From an uncultured Aliarcobacter sp. (GTDB lineage: Bacteria > Campylobacterota > Campylobacteria > Campylobacterales > Arcobacteraceae): a DNA stretch of 64,000 nt. The notes below the pieces were generated by a model, which did not search any database, was not told where the DNA came from, and was given only the letters and a program-made list of their open reading frames with translations. Of the stretch, positions 10,882 through 21,510 are shown in pieces. The DNA lies in contig CAXXLV010000002.1 of NCBI GenBank assembly GCA_963664305.2, positions 640,001 through 704,000 of the forward strand, in the 5' to 3' direction. Position 1 is the first letter of the stretch; every line of letters starts with the position of its first letter. Made by a program: the position numbers and the translations under genes.

Positions 10882-11355
10882 TTAGTTAAATATTTCTTTT
10901 ACTTCAACTAACTTAGCAATAACCTTTTTATCATCAGTTATATAAATCAAATCATAATTTTCTTCAAATGATTCTTTTGTCCAATTTGTACTTCCAATTA
11001 TGGCTTTTGAAGAATCAATTAAAGCAACTTTTAGATGCATTTTATTTTTATCTTTGTTGATTATGGTTTTTATTCCATTTTCTTTTAGTAAATCTAAAAC
11101 TTCATCATCTTTTTTTGTTTTTTTATCATCAAATAAAACAGTGATTTTTACACCATTTTTTGATGCTTTTATTAAATCTTTTGCAAAATCTTTATATGAA
11201 AAATTATACATAGCTATAAAAATCTCTGATTTTGCATTCAAAATAGTTGATCTTATCTCTTTTTGAGCTTTTTTTGAATCTTTTGGAAGTATATAAATCT
11301 CATTTGAATATAAATTTAAAACTAAAAATATAGATATAAATAAAACTTTTAACAT
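10882..11355 (-). CDS. Secreted PLD-superfamily (Nuc-like, single HKD) protein
   Basis: Signal peptide; MHLKVALID...GSTNW...ENYD. Confidence 0.85.
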   Translation of the reverse strand: MLKVLFISIFLVLNLYSNEIYILPKDSKKAQKEIRSTILNAKSEIFIAMYNFSYKDFAKDLIKASKNGVKITVLFDDKKTKKDDEVLDLLKENGIKTIINKDKNKMHLKVALIDSSKAIIGSTNWTKESFEENYDLIYITDDKKVIAKLVEVKEIFN

Positions 11356-11360
11356 ATAAT

Positions 11361-11723
11361 TTACTCAAATAAATCAAAAAATCCTAAAGGAATTTTTGAT
11401 GGTTTAAAATTTTTCAAAAAAGCCAATCTAAATGTAGCTTTAAATATAACTTCATCAGCTCTTGTAATTTCTTGATACATAACAATCGAAGCTGATTTTT
11501 TTTCTATTAATTTTGTAGATATTTCTAAAATATCACCAAAAATAGCTGGTTTTATCCAATCAGCTGTTGAACTTTTAACCACAAAAAATTCATCTTTATT
11601 ATGTGGAGATAAACCTTTACTGAAAAATAATTCACTTCTTGCACGTTCACAAAAATTAAAATAATTAGAGTGATAAACCACTCCTCCACAATCTGTATCT
11701 TCGTAATAAACACGAATTTTCAT
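11361..11723 (-). CDS. ybgC: YbgC/FadM family acyl-CoA thioesterase
   Basis: RVYYEDTDCGGVVYHSNY motif. Confidence 0.88.
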   Translation of the reverse strand: MKIRVYYEDTDCGGVVYHSNYFNFCERARSELFFSKGLSPHNKDEFFVVKSSTADWIKPAIFGDILEISTKLIEKKSASIVMYQEITRADEVIFKATFRLAFLKNFKPSKIPLGFFDLFE

Positions 11724-11942
11724 TATAATTTATTTCCCTTATTTTTGTATTATTAAAACAATAAGCTCAAAATTAGCTATTTTGTTAATTTGATTGTACC
11801 TTTTATCAAATTGATTTGGACTTATAGGGGTCTAAATAACTATCACTTCTTTTAAATAATAAAAATAAATTTTAATTAATCAACATATTTGACCTACTAA
11901 AAGATAATAGATAATCATAAAATAAATAAAAAAGGATTTAGT

Positions 11943-12206
11943 ATGTTAAAAGAGCTTATTTATACAGGACTTGGTGGTGCACTTATCTTAAAAGAAAAAA
12001 TTGAAGCAGAAGTTCAAAAAATGCATGATGATGGAAAACTAGATTCTAAAGATATCAAAAGTTTTATTGAATCACTAGAACAAAAAGGAAAAGAAAGTGA
12101 TGAAAAGTTCAAAGAAGAATTAAAATCAACAATAAAAGAGATTTTAGATGAACTTGGTGTTGCTACAAAAGCTGATATTGAAAAATTAAAAGAGGACTTA
12201 AAATAA
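11943..12206 (+). CDS. Phasin-like / coiled-coil small protein
   Basis: N-terminal TGLG and C-terminal LGVATKADIEKL pattern; SD AAGGA. Confidence 0.7.
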   Translation: MLKELIYTGLGGALILKEKIEAEVQKMHDDGKLDSKDIKSFIESLEQKGKESDEKFKEELKSTIKEILDELGVATKADIEKLKEDLK

Positions 12207-13762
12207 AATCTTTTTTTAACCAACTAAAACTATACTCATTTAAAAGAGTATTTAAAGTCTTTTTATTTTTACTGACGGTTTATTTGGTAATTAAAAGAAA
12301 AGAGAATCTTTTCTGGTTTAAACCACTTAAACCAAAGCAATTAAAAGACACCATTACATATCTTGGAGCATCATTTATAAAACTTGCTCAAGTTTTAGCC
12401 ACACGTGCTGATTTTTTTTCGCAAGAATATTTAGATGAGTTAAGACAGCTTCATGATCAATTACCTAAAATGTCAAATAAAGATTTTAATGAAATTTTTA
12501 ATAAAGCATTTACAAAAGAAACTTTTAAAAGTTTTGATGAAAATCCAATAGCTTGTGCTTCAATAGGACAAGTTCATATTGCATATTTGCATGATGAAAC
12601 AAAAGTTGCTGTAAAACTAAGAAGAAAAGGTATAAAATCTCAAGTTAAAGCAGATATTAAAATTATAAATTTATTTAACTTTGTATTTAAACCTCTATTT
12701 TCTCATTATACAAAAAACTCTATAGAAGCAGTTATTAGTGAATTTACGGTAATGATTATGCAAGAAGTAAGCCTAAATCAAGAGTTAGCAAACCTTCAAA
12801 AGTTCTCAAAAGTTTATGAAAATGAAAATATTAGATTTCCTAAACCCTACCCTAAATTGTGTTGTGATGATGCAATAGTTATGAGTTTTGAAGAAGGCTT
12901 TAGATTTGATGATAAGAAAAATATTTTTGAACATAAAATTGATTTTAAACAAATCATCTCAACTTTAGTAAACTTTTATACAACTCAAATGTTAATTAAA
13001 GGTTATTTTCACGCAGACCCTCATCCTGGGAATATACTTATTTCAAAAAATGGTGAAATTATCTTTTTAGATTTTGGTATGGTAAAAAGTGTACCAAATG
13101 ATATAAGAATTGCAATAATTGAACTGATTAAAGCAGCAAATGAAAGAGATTATGAGTTATATATAAGTGCTTCAAAAAGACTTGGTACTATTGCTTATGA
13201 GGCTCCAACTAGTGAATTAGCTGAATTTACAGAAAAAATGTTTGAAATATTTTCAAATGATAATCTAAATAGTGAATCAATGCAACAACTAGCTTTTGAA
13301 GTGTTAGAAAGCACTAGAAAAATGCCATTTAAACTTCCAAGTGATGCAATTTATATTTTAAGAGTTAGTGCAATTATTGAAGGACTTGGAACAACATATA
13401 TTGAAAACTTCAATGGTGTAAAAGATATATTACCAATATTAAAAAACAATCTTACTAAGGCTTTAGGAGCAAAAGATAGTATTATTGAAACAATAATTGA
13501 TGAGATAAAAGATATTCCTTTTATTGTTAAAGATTTAAAATCTGTTATAAAACAAGCAAATAAAGGGGAACTTAAAATTGAAATTTCTAATAACCAATTA
13601 GAGTGGATAGCAAAAGAAATTAAAGATTTTATTCGACCTATTATTTTATCATTAGGTCTAATTTTTATATCAATCTTTATACTTTTATATGATAAAAATC
13701 AAAAAGAGATTTCATTGATTATTTTTATAATTGCTATTATTAGATTGATTTATAGGAAGTAA
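12203..13762 (+). CDS. AarF/ABC1/UbiB family atypical kinase (start probably ATA at 12203; ORF track starts at 12284)
   Basis: FIKLAQ, ASIGQVH, VAVK, HADPHPGN, DFG motifs; frame is open from 12182. Confidence 0.9.
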   Translation: MKSFFNQLKLYSFKRVFKVFLFLLTVYLVIKRKENLFWFKPLKPKQLKDTITYLGASFIKLAQVLATRADFFSQEYLDELRQLHDQLPKMSNKDFNEIFNKAFTKETFKSFDENPIACASIGQVHIAYLHDETKVAVKLRRKGIKSQVKADIKIINLFNFVFKPLFSHYTKNSIEAVISEFTVMIMQEVSLNQELANLQKFSKVYENENIRFPKPYPKLCCDDAIVMSFEEGFRFDDKKNIFEHKIDFKQIISTLVNFYTTQMLIKGYFHADPHPGNILISKNGEIIFLDFGMVKSVPNDIRIAIIELIKAANERDYELYISASKRLGTIAYEAPTSELAEFTEKMFEIFSNDNLNSESMQQLAFEVLESTRKMPFKLPSDAIYILRVSAIIEGLGTTYIENFNGVKDILPILKNNLTKALGAKDSIIETIIDEIKDIPFIVKDLKSVIKQANKGELKIEISNNQLEWIAKEIKDFIRPIILSLGLIFISIFILLYDKNQKEISLIIFIIAIIRLIYRK

Positions 13763-13842
13763 AAAAAGTTGTTTTTCCTTCATTCTTTAATTTAAAAGTT
13801 AAATATGTTAAAATCACTTTTTAAAATCGTATATATTTAAAG

Positions 13843-14241
13843 GTGTTTTTTGTGTCTATTTTTGCTTTACAATCGATAGCTGGTGGTTTTCTTGATGAAG
13901 ATTTAGTACATTTCAATAAAAAATTTGATGATTGGTGTATTCAATTTAAAAATTATGATGAAGCTATGAAGACAGTTAAAACTCTTGAAAATCCAGAGAT
14001 TATTGATATTGTTGAAATCACTCCATTGAGTTATCCAAAATATTTTTTTCATGATTTACAAGGCACAATTTACGTGACAAGACAAATAGAAGATAAAATT
14101 ATTTGTGTTGTAGAACCTGTTATGGGTGCTAGTTTTAGAATAGCAATTTGCGATCTTAAAACAAAAAATGTAAGATTAACAAAAACTCATTATAAAACCA
14201 TTCCTAGTGTTGAAGGTGCTTTTGCTAGTTTTAGTGATTAA
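13843..14241 (+). CDS. Hypothetical protein
   Basis: 132-aa ORF followed by a hairpin; no motif recognised. Confidence 0.7.
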   Translation: MFFVSIFALQSIAGGFLDEDLVHFNKKFDDWCIQFKNYDEAMKTVKTLENPEIIDIVEITPLSYPKYFFHDLQGTIYVTRQIEDKIICVVEPVMGASFRIAICDLKTKNVRLTKTHYKTIPSVEGAFASFSD

Positions 14242-14251
14242 TTATATTTTT

Positions 14252-14278
14252 AAGAGTAAAGAAAATTTCTTTACTCTT
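14252..14278. terminator. Hairpin between convergent genes
   Basis: AAGAGTAAAGAAA-A-TTTCTTTACTCTT perfect inverted repeat. Confidence 0.7.
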
Positions 14279-16814
14279 TATCACAATTGATTTCTCTAAT
14301 TTTATTTAATAAATCAAAAACAATTTCTATATTATTTTCCATCTCTTTAGTAGTAGAGAATATTTCTTCATTTTCTGCTTTAGCAGCATATAAATAAACT
14401 GTTTCTTGTACTAATTCATGTACTTTTTTATGAGCAACTTTTAAATCATTCCATTCTTTTGTTTGTGCAAATTTTTTATCTTCATTTGCATCAATCCATT
14501 TACCTAAATTACACTCATGGTTTGTTTTAACTGTAAATTTAAATCCCTCTTTACATTGAGCAAAATTTACATTTTTAAAATTGATATGGTCAGATTTTAA
14601 TTTGTTTATATCAATAATTAAATTTGTATCACAAACTCTTTTGTGTGCATTTTTATCAAAACTTGTTTGATTGATTGTATTTTCGAGATGAGTTACTAAT
14701 TCAGATGTTTTTTTAGCCATATCATTTATAGTTGAAGCAAGAGCAGCATTTTGTTGAGTTGCTTGGTCAAGAGAATTAACTGTATCATTTATTTGAGCCA
14801 TAGCTTTTTGTTGTTCTTTAGATGCACTAGCAACATCATCAATTAGTTTTGTAGTTACAACAATATTTTCATTTAATTCATTGTATCCTTCAATCATTTT
14901 AGAAGTGATATCTTTTCCTTCTTTTGCTTTAATTGTTGCATTTGAAACTATTGTTTTTATTTCATTTGCTGCATCTGCTGAACGAGAAGCTAGATTTCTA
15001 ACTTCTGCAGCAACAACGGCAAATCCTTTTCCAGCTTCTCCAGCAGTTGCTGCTTCAACAGCTGCATTTAGACTTAGAATATTTGTTTGGAATGCTATTT
15101 GATCGATTACAGAAATAGCTTCATTGATTGCTTGAACTTGATTATTTATCTCATCCATTGAAATTGCTGTTTTATGTGCTAAATCTTTTCCAGTATCACT
15201 TGATTTAATTACATTTTTAGCATATAAAGCCATTTGAATAGCATTTTCACTACTTCTTGTAACTGTTGCTGAGATTTCTTCAATAGCAGCAGCTGTTTCT
15301 TCTAAAGATGCTGCTTGTGTATTTGATGAATCACTTAATTTTTTAGAAGCATTTGCAAGTTGTGTTGAACTTGAAGATAATTCATTATTTGATTTTTCAA
15401 TTAAACACATAATTTCATTAATTGAAGATTGAGTAACTTTTGTACCACTTAATAAAGAAGCGATAATTCCAGTTAAATTATCTATGTGTGGAATTTGATA
15501 GTCATATTTTGCAGTTGATAAAGCAACAAGAGATTCACTTAAGATTGTAAGATTTTTTTGCATTCTTTCTATCATATTGTTAATTTCATTAACTAAAGAA
15601 TCAACTCCTGCTGAGTTTGCTTTTCCTTTAATTCTATCATTTAATAATCCAGCATTAACTTTTTCAATAATTGTTCTTGATTCTTCTATTACAATTTGAT
15701 CTTGTATTAAACCTTTTTCAATTGAATCTAAATAATTGTTAAAGCTATTTACAACATCACCTATTTCATCATTTGATTTTACTTCAATTCTAGTTCTTTC
15801 AGTTGAATTATTTGAAATAATTTCAATTGAATTTTTAAGATTAAGAATAGGAAGTAATATATTATTTCTCATATTAATCAATGAAATAACCATGATAATT
15901 AAAACTGCAACAATTAAAATAATTAATGCAACCCAAATAATATAAGAAGCATGATCTATTGCAATTTTTACAGAGTCAATTGGTTCAGCAATTAAAGCAA
16001 TTCCCAATTTTTTTCCTGCAAAATCTGTAATATCTACATAAGTATAAAAATATTTATCTGTTATTAAAAAGCTATCATTTAAAAGTTTAGTAAAGTTTAT
16101 TTTTTTAGCATCTTCTAAAAAATCTTTATTTATAAACTTTTGAGAGATAAGATATTTATCCAATTTATTTTCTGCTTTAACATCAGCTGTTGCTAAAGAT
16201 AAATCCATTAATAATAAAAAAGCTTTTTTCTCTTGGTCAAATGAACTTGCAACAGAATTAATTCCTTGCATAAACTCTAATGAACCAACATGATTTTTAT
16301 TTAAATCAAAAATAGGAACAACTGATCTAATACCAAGTCCTGCATTACCAATTTCAAAACCATTAATAGCTTTTTTGTCTGTATTAACTTTTACTACACT
16401 TGCTCTAAAAGAACTTAAATCATCACCAAATTTATCTGGTTGCCATGATCTTAAAAAAGAGTGATTATCTTTTGTATGTAAATGAATCTGAATATTTTGA
16501 AAAGGTGTTGATTCTTTCATACTTTTTGATAAATTAGCTAAAGTTTTGATTGCTAATTCTCTATCATTGTTAGCTAAAGCTTCTTTTATAGAAGAGTCAT
16601 TTGAAATAGAAATTGCATTTGAAATCCCTGCTTCTAATTTTCCTTCAATTTTTAAAACAGTTAAAGCATTTAATTCCATTTTAACATCATTATAAACTTC
16701 TTCTGTTAAATCATTTTTATATTTATTCAATATAAAATAACCTATAACTAAAACTAATAAAGTCACTATAACGTTTGTTAAAGTAAATTTTTTATTAATA
16801 CTCAAGTCTCTCAT
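14271..16814 (-). CDS. Methyl-accepting chemotaxis protein (Cache sensor, HAMP, MCP signalling domain, C-terminal CZB)
   Basis: [33 protein letters not shown] pattern DH...HECNLGKW...HKKVH. Confidence 0.95.
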   Translation of the reverse strand: MRDLSINKKFTLTNVIVTLLVLVIGYFILNKYKNDLTEEVYNDVKMELNALTVLKIEGKLEAGISNAISISNDSSIKEALANNDRELAIKTLANLSKSMKESTPFQNIQIHLHTKDNHSFLRSWQPDKFGDDLSSFRASVVKVNTDKKAINGFEIGNAGLGIRSVVPIFDLNKNHVGSLEFMQGINSVASSFDQEKKAFLLLMDLSLATADVKAENKLDKYLISQKFINKDFLEDAKKINFTKLLNDSFLITDKYFYTYVDITDFAGKKLGIALIAEPIDSVKIAIDHASYIIWVALIILIVAVLIIMVISLINMRNNILLPILNLKNSIEIISNNSTERTRIEVKSNDEIGDVVNSFNNYLDSIEKGLIQDQIVIEESRTIIEKVNAGLLNDRIKGKANSAGVDSLVNEINNMIERMQKNLTILSESLVALSTAKYDYQIPHIDNLTGIIASLLSGTKVTQSSINEIMCLIEKSNNELSSSSTQLANASKKLSDSSNTQAASLEETAAAIEEISATVTRSSENAIQMALYAKNVIKSSDTGKDLAHKTAISMDEINNQVQAINEAISVIDQIAFQTNILSLNAAVEAATAGEAGKGFAVVAAEVRNLASRSADAANEIKTIVSNATIKAKEGKDITSKMIEGYNELNENIVVTTKLIDDVASASKEQQKAMAQINDTVNSLDQATQQNAALASTINDMAKKTSELVTHLENTINQTSFDKNAHKRVCDTNLIIDINKLKSDHINFKNVNFAQCKEGFKFTVKTNHECNLGKWIDANEDKKFAQTKEWNDLKVAHKKVHELVQETVYLYAAKAENEEIFSTTKEMENNIEIVFDLLNKIREINCDKE

Positions 16815-16983
16815 CCATATCCTTTTTCAGAAATAACCTATATTTTAGTAAAAAATCAATTAAAGGTTATTAAATTATATAAATAAAACTTATTTGTAGA
16901 TTATAAGTTTGTTTATGTAACAACTATAAGAATATGAAATAGTAAAATTTACCAAGCATATAAAAGATATTTAAATGATTTCA

Positions 16984-17070
16984 TTAAAACCACCAACGAT
17001 ATCGAATTAAAAATTCATCATCAATTTTCATTGCAAATTTTTTATCATCTTCTTTTGCATATCTAATCAT
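16984..17070 (-). pseudogene. Possible GNAT acetyltransferase N-terminal remnant
   Basis: MIRYAKEDDKKFAMKIDDEFL resembles GNAT starts; stops after 28 codons. Confidence 0.3.
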
Positions 17071-17120
17071 AAATTGATTGAATTTTTCAGTAAAGTAAAA
17101 CATTCCTATCGAATATTTAT

Positions 17121-17315
17121 TTGAAGAAAAATCATTATTTTGATTCAACTACTTCACCTTTTGTAATTTGGGTGGATATAAATAAAGTAGATTTAAATGA
17201 AGGTGCTTCATCTAAAAAACTAGATTTGAAAAACTATCCTATGGAATATCACGGTGATGTATCAGACAAATTTGAAGATGCAAAGCCTTTTCAATGGCCA
17301 AATAATAAAGCCTAA
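17121..17315 (+). pseudogene. C-terminal remnant of a linear amide C-N hydrolase (penicillin V acylase/choloylglycine hydrolase family)
   Basis: YFDSTTSPFVIWVDINKVDLNEGASSKKLDL...YHGDVSDKFEDAKPF matches the family C-terminus; the catalytic N-terminal region is absent. Confidence 0.7.
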
Positions 17316-17330
17316 ATAATAGGCTTTATT
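17304..17330. terminator. Bidirectional terminator-like hairpin
   Basis: AATAAAGCCTA-aataa-TAGGCTTTATT. Confidence 0.7.
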
Positions 17331-17350
17331 TAAAATATAACCAATTTATT

Positions 17351-18370
17351 TTAACCCATAGGGTATAAAATATCTTTTTGAATTACTTCAATTTTTTTAA
17401 GAAGTTCATCATCAATTTTAAAATTAAATGCTTTTAATGATTCATCTAATTGAGTTAAAACTCTAGCCCCAATAATAGTTGAAGCTACAAAATCAAAATG
17501 TTTAGAATATGCAACAGCTAGTGTTACAGGCGATATTCCATACTCTTTTGAAAGTTCTATGTATTTTGCAGTTGCTTGTAAAGTTTTATCATTTACAAAT
17601 CTTTTTGCCATAGCCTGAACTCTTACACTTTGGTTATTTGCATAAGCAGTAAATCTTGCATCTGCTGGATAAAATCCACCATTATATTTTCCACTTAAAA
17701 CCCCTCCTCCTATTGGAGAATATGGAAGAAGTGAAATATTTTCTTGTCTACAAACATTTGCTAATTCATCATGAAATCTTGGATTTAATAAAGAAAAATT
17801 GTTTTGAATTGATTCAAATCTAGCTAAGTTTTTATTTTTTGAAGTTTCATTTGCTTTTGTTAAACCATAAGCACTATCGTTTGAAGTTCCAATATATCTT
17901 ACCTTTCCTTCACGAACTAACTCATCAAAAGCTTTTAAACTCTCTTCAATAGGTACAATTGTATCTGGCCAATGCATCTGATAAAGGTCAATATAATCTG
18001 TGTCAAGTTTTTTCAAACTTCCTTCAACTGCTCTTTTTATATGAAAAGAATCAATTGCAGTTAAGCCATGTCTAATTGGTGGTACAAACCATCCAGAAGC
18101 AGCACCTGCAACCTTTGTTGCAAGAATTATCGAATCTCTTGGTTTTGTTTTTAACCACTCTCCAACTATTTGTTCAGTAATTCCGGCTGTATTTGCTTTT
18201 GGAGGAACAGGATAAATCTCTGCTGTATCAAAAAAATTAATTCCATTTTCATAAGCTTTATCCATTATTTTAAAAGCTTCTTCTTTTGTTGTACTTGAAC
18301 CAAATGTCATTGTTCCCATACAAATAGAAGAAACTCTAAGTCCACTTTTTCCTATATATCTAAATTCCAT
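17351..18370 (-). CDS. Aldo/keto reductase (Tas-like)
   Basis: GTMTFG, FDTAEIYPVP, DYIDLYQMHWP, YSPIGGG motifs. Confidence 0.93.
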   Translation of the reverse strand: MEFRYIGKSGLRVSSICMGTMTFGSSTTKEEAFKIMDKAYENGINFFDTAEIYPVPPKANTAGITEQIVGEWLKTKPRDSIILATKVAGAASGWFVPPIRHGLTAIDSFHIKRAVEGSLKKLDTDYIDLYQMHWPDTIVPIEESLKAFDELVREGKVRYIGTSNDSAYGLTKANETSKNKNLARFESIQNNFSLLNPRFHDELANVCRQENISLLPYSPIGGGVLSGKYNGGFYPADARFTAYANNQSVRVQAMAKRFVNDKTLQATAKYIELSKEYGISPVTLAVAYSKHFDFVASTIIGARVLTQLDESLKAFNFKIDDELLKKIEVIQKDILYPMG

Positions 18371-18436
18371 AATAAATCCTTCAAATTTTTTAATAGGGAT
18401 TATTATAACACTTTAGACTTATATAAAATGAGTTTT

Positions 18437-18847
18437 TTATTTACAATCTGATTTTGAGATAATTATTGTTGAAATTAACTCAGAATTTTTATCTTTATAT
18501 GTAAATGAATAATCAATACCTTTTGACAAATTATCTAAAAAGTTTTGTTTAGCACAAACACTATTTTTTAAAGATTCTTTTACACCTGGAATTATTTTTT
18601 CAACATCAACTTCTTCTTTAGTTATATTTACTAAAGTATAATAACTTTCAATTTTTTTATCTACAAATTGAACTAAATCAAATCTAGTTTCATCATCTAC
18701 CATTTTTGGAAGAGTTTTGCTCGTTTGTAAAATTTCTGTTTTAATTTTCTCCAAAGGGTCATTTAAAAACTTAGGTATAAAATATATTGCACCTACAACA
18801 ACCAAAGCTAAAATTCCATATACAATAACACTCTTATTTTTTGACAT
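18437..18847 (-). CDS. Membrane-anchored hypothetical protein
   Basis: N-terminal TM; LPKMVDDETR motif; two Cys. Confidence 0.75.
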   Translation of the reverse strand: MSKNKSVIVYGILALVVVGAIYFIPKFLNDPLEKIKTEILQTSKTLPKMVDDETRFDLVQFVDKKIESYYTLVNITKEEVDVEKIIPGVKESLKNSVCAKQNFLDNLSKGIDYSFTYKDKNSELISTIIISKSDCK

Positions 18848-18903
18848 TTACAAAAATTCCTTAATATTTTAAATTAGAAGCGTATTATATCCTTTTAAAT
18901 TAA

Positions 18904-19881
18904 TTACTCCATAATACAAATCTCTTTTTTCATCATATGTTTAATAGTTTGAATTGCAACTAATAAAACAATGATTGTTGTAATAATTACTAAAGTATAT
19001 GCAAATATTTCATAGATTTTATTATTTGTTAATTCATACATTAAAATAGTACTTAAAGTAACTGCTGCCATAGGAAAAGTAAACGCCCACCAAGAGATAA
19101 AAAACTTTATTTTTACAAAGTTTTTATACATTACAAAAACTAAAATTGTAAAAAATAGTCCAAGATTAAATAAAATCTGAGCAAAAAAATCTAAATTTCC
19201 AGTTAGTTTTATATAAGAAATAAATCCAATTGCTGGAGGTGCAATTAAAATAAAAAGTGTTGGCATAAATTTTGGAGCAAATTGATTGTGAAAAATAATT
19301 CTATTTAAAATTATTGAAAATAAAATTATCCAAAAGAAAATTCCAATTGAAAAATAAAAATATAATATTGAATCATCTACAAAACCTTTTCCCGCAATTG
19401 GAACTATCAAATTTCCAACAATTGGAATAAACCAAGCAGGATTTGAGTGTTGCATTTCAAGATTATTATTTATCCAAAATCTAATCGTATAATAGGTAAA
19501 AAATATATGAAAAAATGCTCCAAAAACAAAAAATATTTCAGATACTTCTAGATTATAATGTCTATAATCAATTGATAAAATCAACATTGAGATAGAAAAA
19601 GCTGCAAAAAAGTTTATTCTTATTGGATGAGAAAACTCTTTTTTTACTTCATTTTTAAATTTCACAAGTTTTAAAATATAAAAAATCAAAACTAAAAAGA
19701 ATAAAGATGTAGAAACAACCAACATTAAAGAAGCGAAATAAATAGGAAAAGAAAAAACACTAGTTAATCTTTCATATACTAAAGTTAAACCACCTAAACC
19801 CATAATTGTTGCAAACATCATTATAGGGAAAAATTGTAATCTGTTTGAAGGAATCGATTTTATGCTCTCTTGTACTTGCAT
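18904..19881 (-). CDS. SLAC1/TehA (TDT) family anion channel
   Basis: HPIRINFF, NPAWFIP and SWWAFTFP motifs. Confidence 0.92.
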   Translation of the reverse strand: MQVQESIKSIPSNRLQFFPIMMFATIMGLGGLTLVYERLTSVFSFPIYFASLMLVVSTSLFFLVLIFYILKLVKFKNEVKKEFSHPIRINFFAAFSISMLILSIDYRHYNLEVSEIFFVFGAFFHIFFTYYTIRFWINNNLEMQHSNPAWFIPIVGNLIVPIAGKGFVDDSILYFYFSIGIFFWIILFSIILNRIIFHNQFAPKFMPTLFILIAPPAIGFISYIKLTGNLDFFAQILFNLGLFFTILVFVMYKNFVKIKFFISWWAFTFPMAAVTLSTILMYELTNNKIYEIFAYTLVIITTIIVLLVAIQTIKHMMKKEICIME

Positions 19882-19937
19882 TATAAATCCTATTAAGAAT
19901 AATTTATTATAATTAGAAAAAATAAAAAAGGTTTATT

Positions 19938-20153
19938 TTGGCAAAAAGTAAAAAGTCAATAATTGATTTAAGTAAAGAAAATCTATCTTTTGAAGAGAGA
20001 AATCAAACTATAAAACTACTAAACTTTAAAACTGAAACAATGAGTTTAGATATTGCAATTTTTGAAAAAGAAAAATTTATCAAAAATAGTACAATGGTCT
20101 TTGCTCATCTACCAAAAAAACTAAAGGCTAAGCTAAATCCAACAGGAAAATAG
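19938..20153 (+). CDS. Small basic hypothetical protein
   Basis: TTG start with AAGG SD; FAHLPKKLK C-terminus. Confidence 0.65.
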   Translation: MAKSKKSIIDLSKENLSFEERNQTIKLLNFKTETMSLDIAIFEKEKFIKNSTMVFAHLPKKLKAKLNPTGK

Positions 20154-20238
20154 TTAGTTTTTCTAATAATTAATTCATAATTATAACTTATAAAAATTAA
20201 AGTTTGTTTTATTTTATATAAGTAAATATTATAATACT

Positions 20239-21510
20239 TTATAAAATTAAATATTTTTTAATTTTATTAAAATTGTTTCTAAGCATCGTATGTAGATATG
20301 TTCCAAAAATATTATTGTTTTTAAAAGCAGCATAAGTTCCATCATTACTATTCTTTTTATAAAGTTTATACTCCCCTATTTTATCTTCATCGACTAATCT
20401 TGTATAATGAAAAGCATGACCTGTTATTCCTAAATCATTTTCATAATATCCCATTCGATAAAATCTTTTTCCTAAAGTAAAATCCAAATCCAATAAACCC
20501 ATCATCTTTTTATCATCAACTTTGTTTGATAAAAATAGTAAACCAGCACATTCACCATAAACTGCTTTATTTTGTTTTGCATGATTTAATAAAGAATTTT
20601 TAAAATCATTTGAGTTTTCAATTTTTTCATAAGCTTTTTGAGTTTCGATGTAACCTCCAACAATAAATACTACATCTGCATCTTCTGGTATTTTTTCATT
20701 ATTAATAGCATTTACAAGTGTAACTTTTGAAAAATGTTCTTTTAAAAACTCTAAATTATCATGATATAAAAAAGAGAAATTATCATCATTTACTAAAGCA
20801 ATGTGTTTATCATAAATTTTTACTTCTTCAAATGGATAATTTTCAACTTTTTGTTGTTCAAAATTTGAAATAAGTTCAAGTTTTTCTAAATCGATATGTT
20901 TTAAAACCTCTTTTGAAATAAGTTCAAGTTTTTGCGTGTCATTATCTTTTAAATCAAGTCCAAGATGAGTAGAGTCTAAAGTATCAAGTCTATTTTGAAT
21001 CCAACCTAAAACCTCAATATCATCAAAATCTTTTTCTATTTGATTTTTGATTAGTTCATAATGCCCATTTGATGAAACATGATTGAAAATCACACCTTTT
21101 ATAGTATTTCCTTCTCGATAAGTTTTAAGACCTTTTATAATAGCGCTTAATGTTATATATGAACCACTTGCATCTAAAACTATAACTGTAGGAATATTTA
21201 AAAGTTTTGTTACATCATAAGCAGAAGCATTTTTATCCATACCATCATAAAATCCCATTACTCCTTCAAGTATAGAGATATTTTTATCACTATATTTATC
21301 AAATATCCATTTTACTTGAGCTTCATTCATAATACAAGTATCAAGATTTATACTTGGAGTTTGACATATTTTTTGATGAAAAAGTGGGTCAATAAAATCA
21401 GGTCCAATTTTAAAGGGACGAACAGAGTTTTTGTAATGATACAAAAGAGCTGTTGTTAATGTAGTTTTTCCTTGATTTGATGCAATTGCACTTATACATA
21501 AAGCTTTGAT
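20239..21510 (-). CDS. cbiA: Cobyrinate a,c-diamide synthase (start extended to ATC at 21510)
   Basis: P-loop SNQGKTT in the extension; FKIGPDFIDP, EGVMG, GECAG, GTYLH. Confidence 0.88.
   Translation of the reverse strand: MKALCISAIASNQGKTTLTTALLYHYKNSVRPFKIGPDFIDPLFHQKICQTPSINLDTCIMNEAQVKWIFDKYSDKNISILEGVMGFYDGMDKNASAYDVTKLLNIPTVIVLDASGSYITLSAIIKGLKTYREGNTIKGVIFNHVSSNGHYELIKNQIEKDFDDIEVLGWIQNRLDTLDSTHLGLDLKDNDTQKLELISKEVLKHIDLEKLELISNFEQQKVENYPFEEVKIYDKHIALVNDDNFSFLYHDNLEFLKEHFSKVTLVNAINNEKIPEDADVVFIVGGYIETQKAYEKIENSNDFKNSLLNHAKQNKAVYGECAGLLFLSNKVDDKKMMGLLDLDFTLGKRFYRMGYYENDLGITGHAFHYTRLVDEDKIGEYKLYKKNSNDGTYAAFKNNNIFGTYLHTMLRNNFNKIKKYLIL

Noticed and set aside
11790..11809. FNR box
   Set aside because: TTGAT and ATCAA are separated by 10 nt, not the canonical 4
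14950..15320. Nucleotide similarity to 59560-59930
   Set aside because: Ordinary conservation of the MCP signalling domain between paralogs, not a mobile repeat
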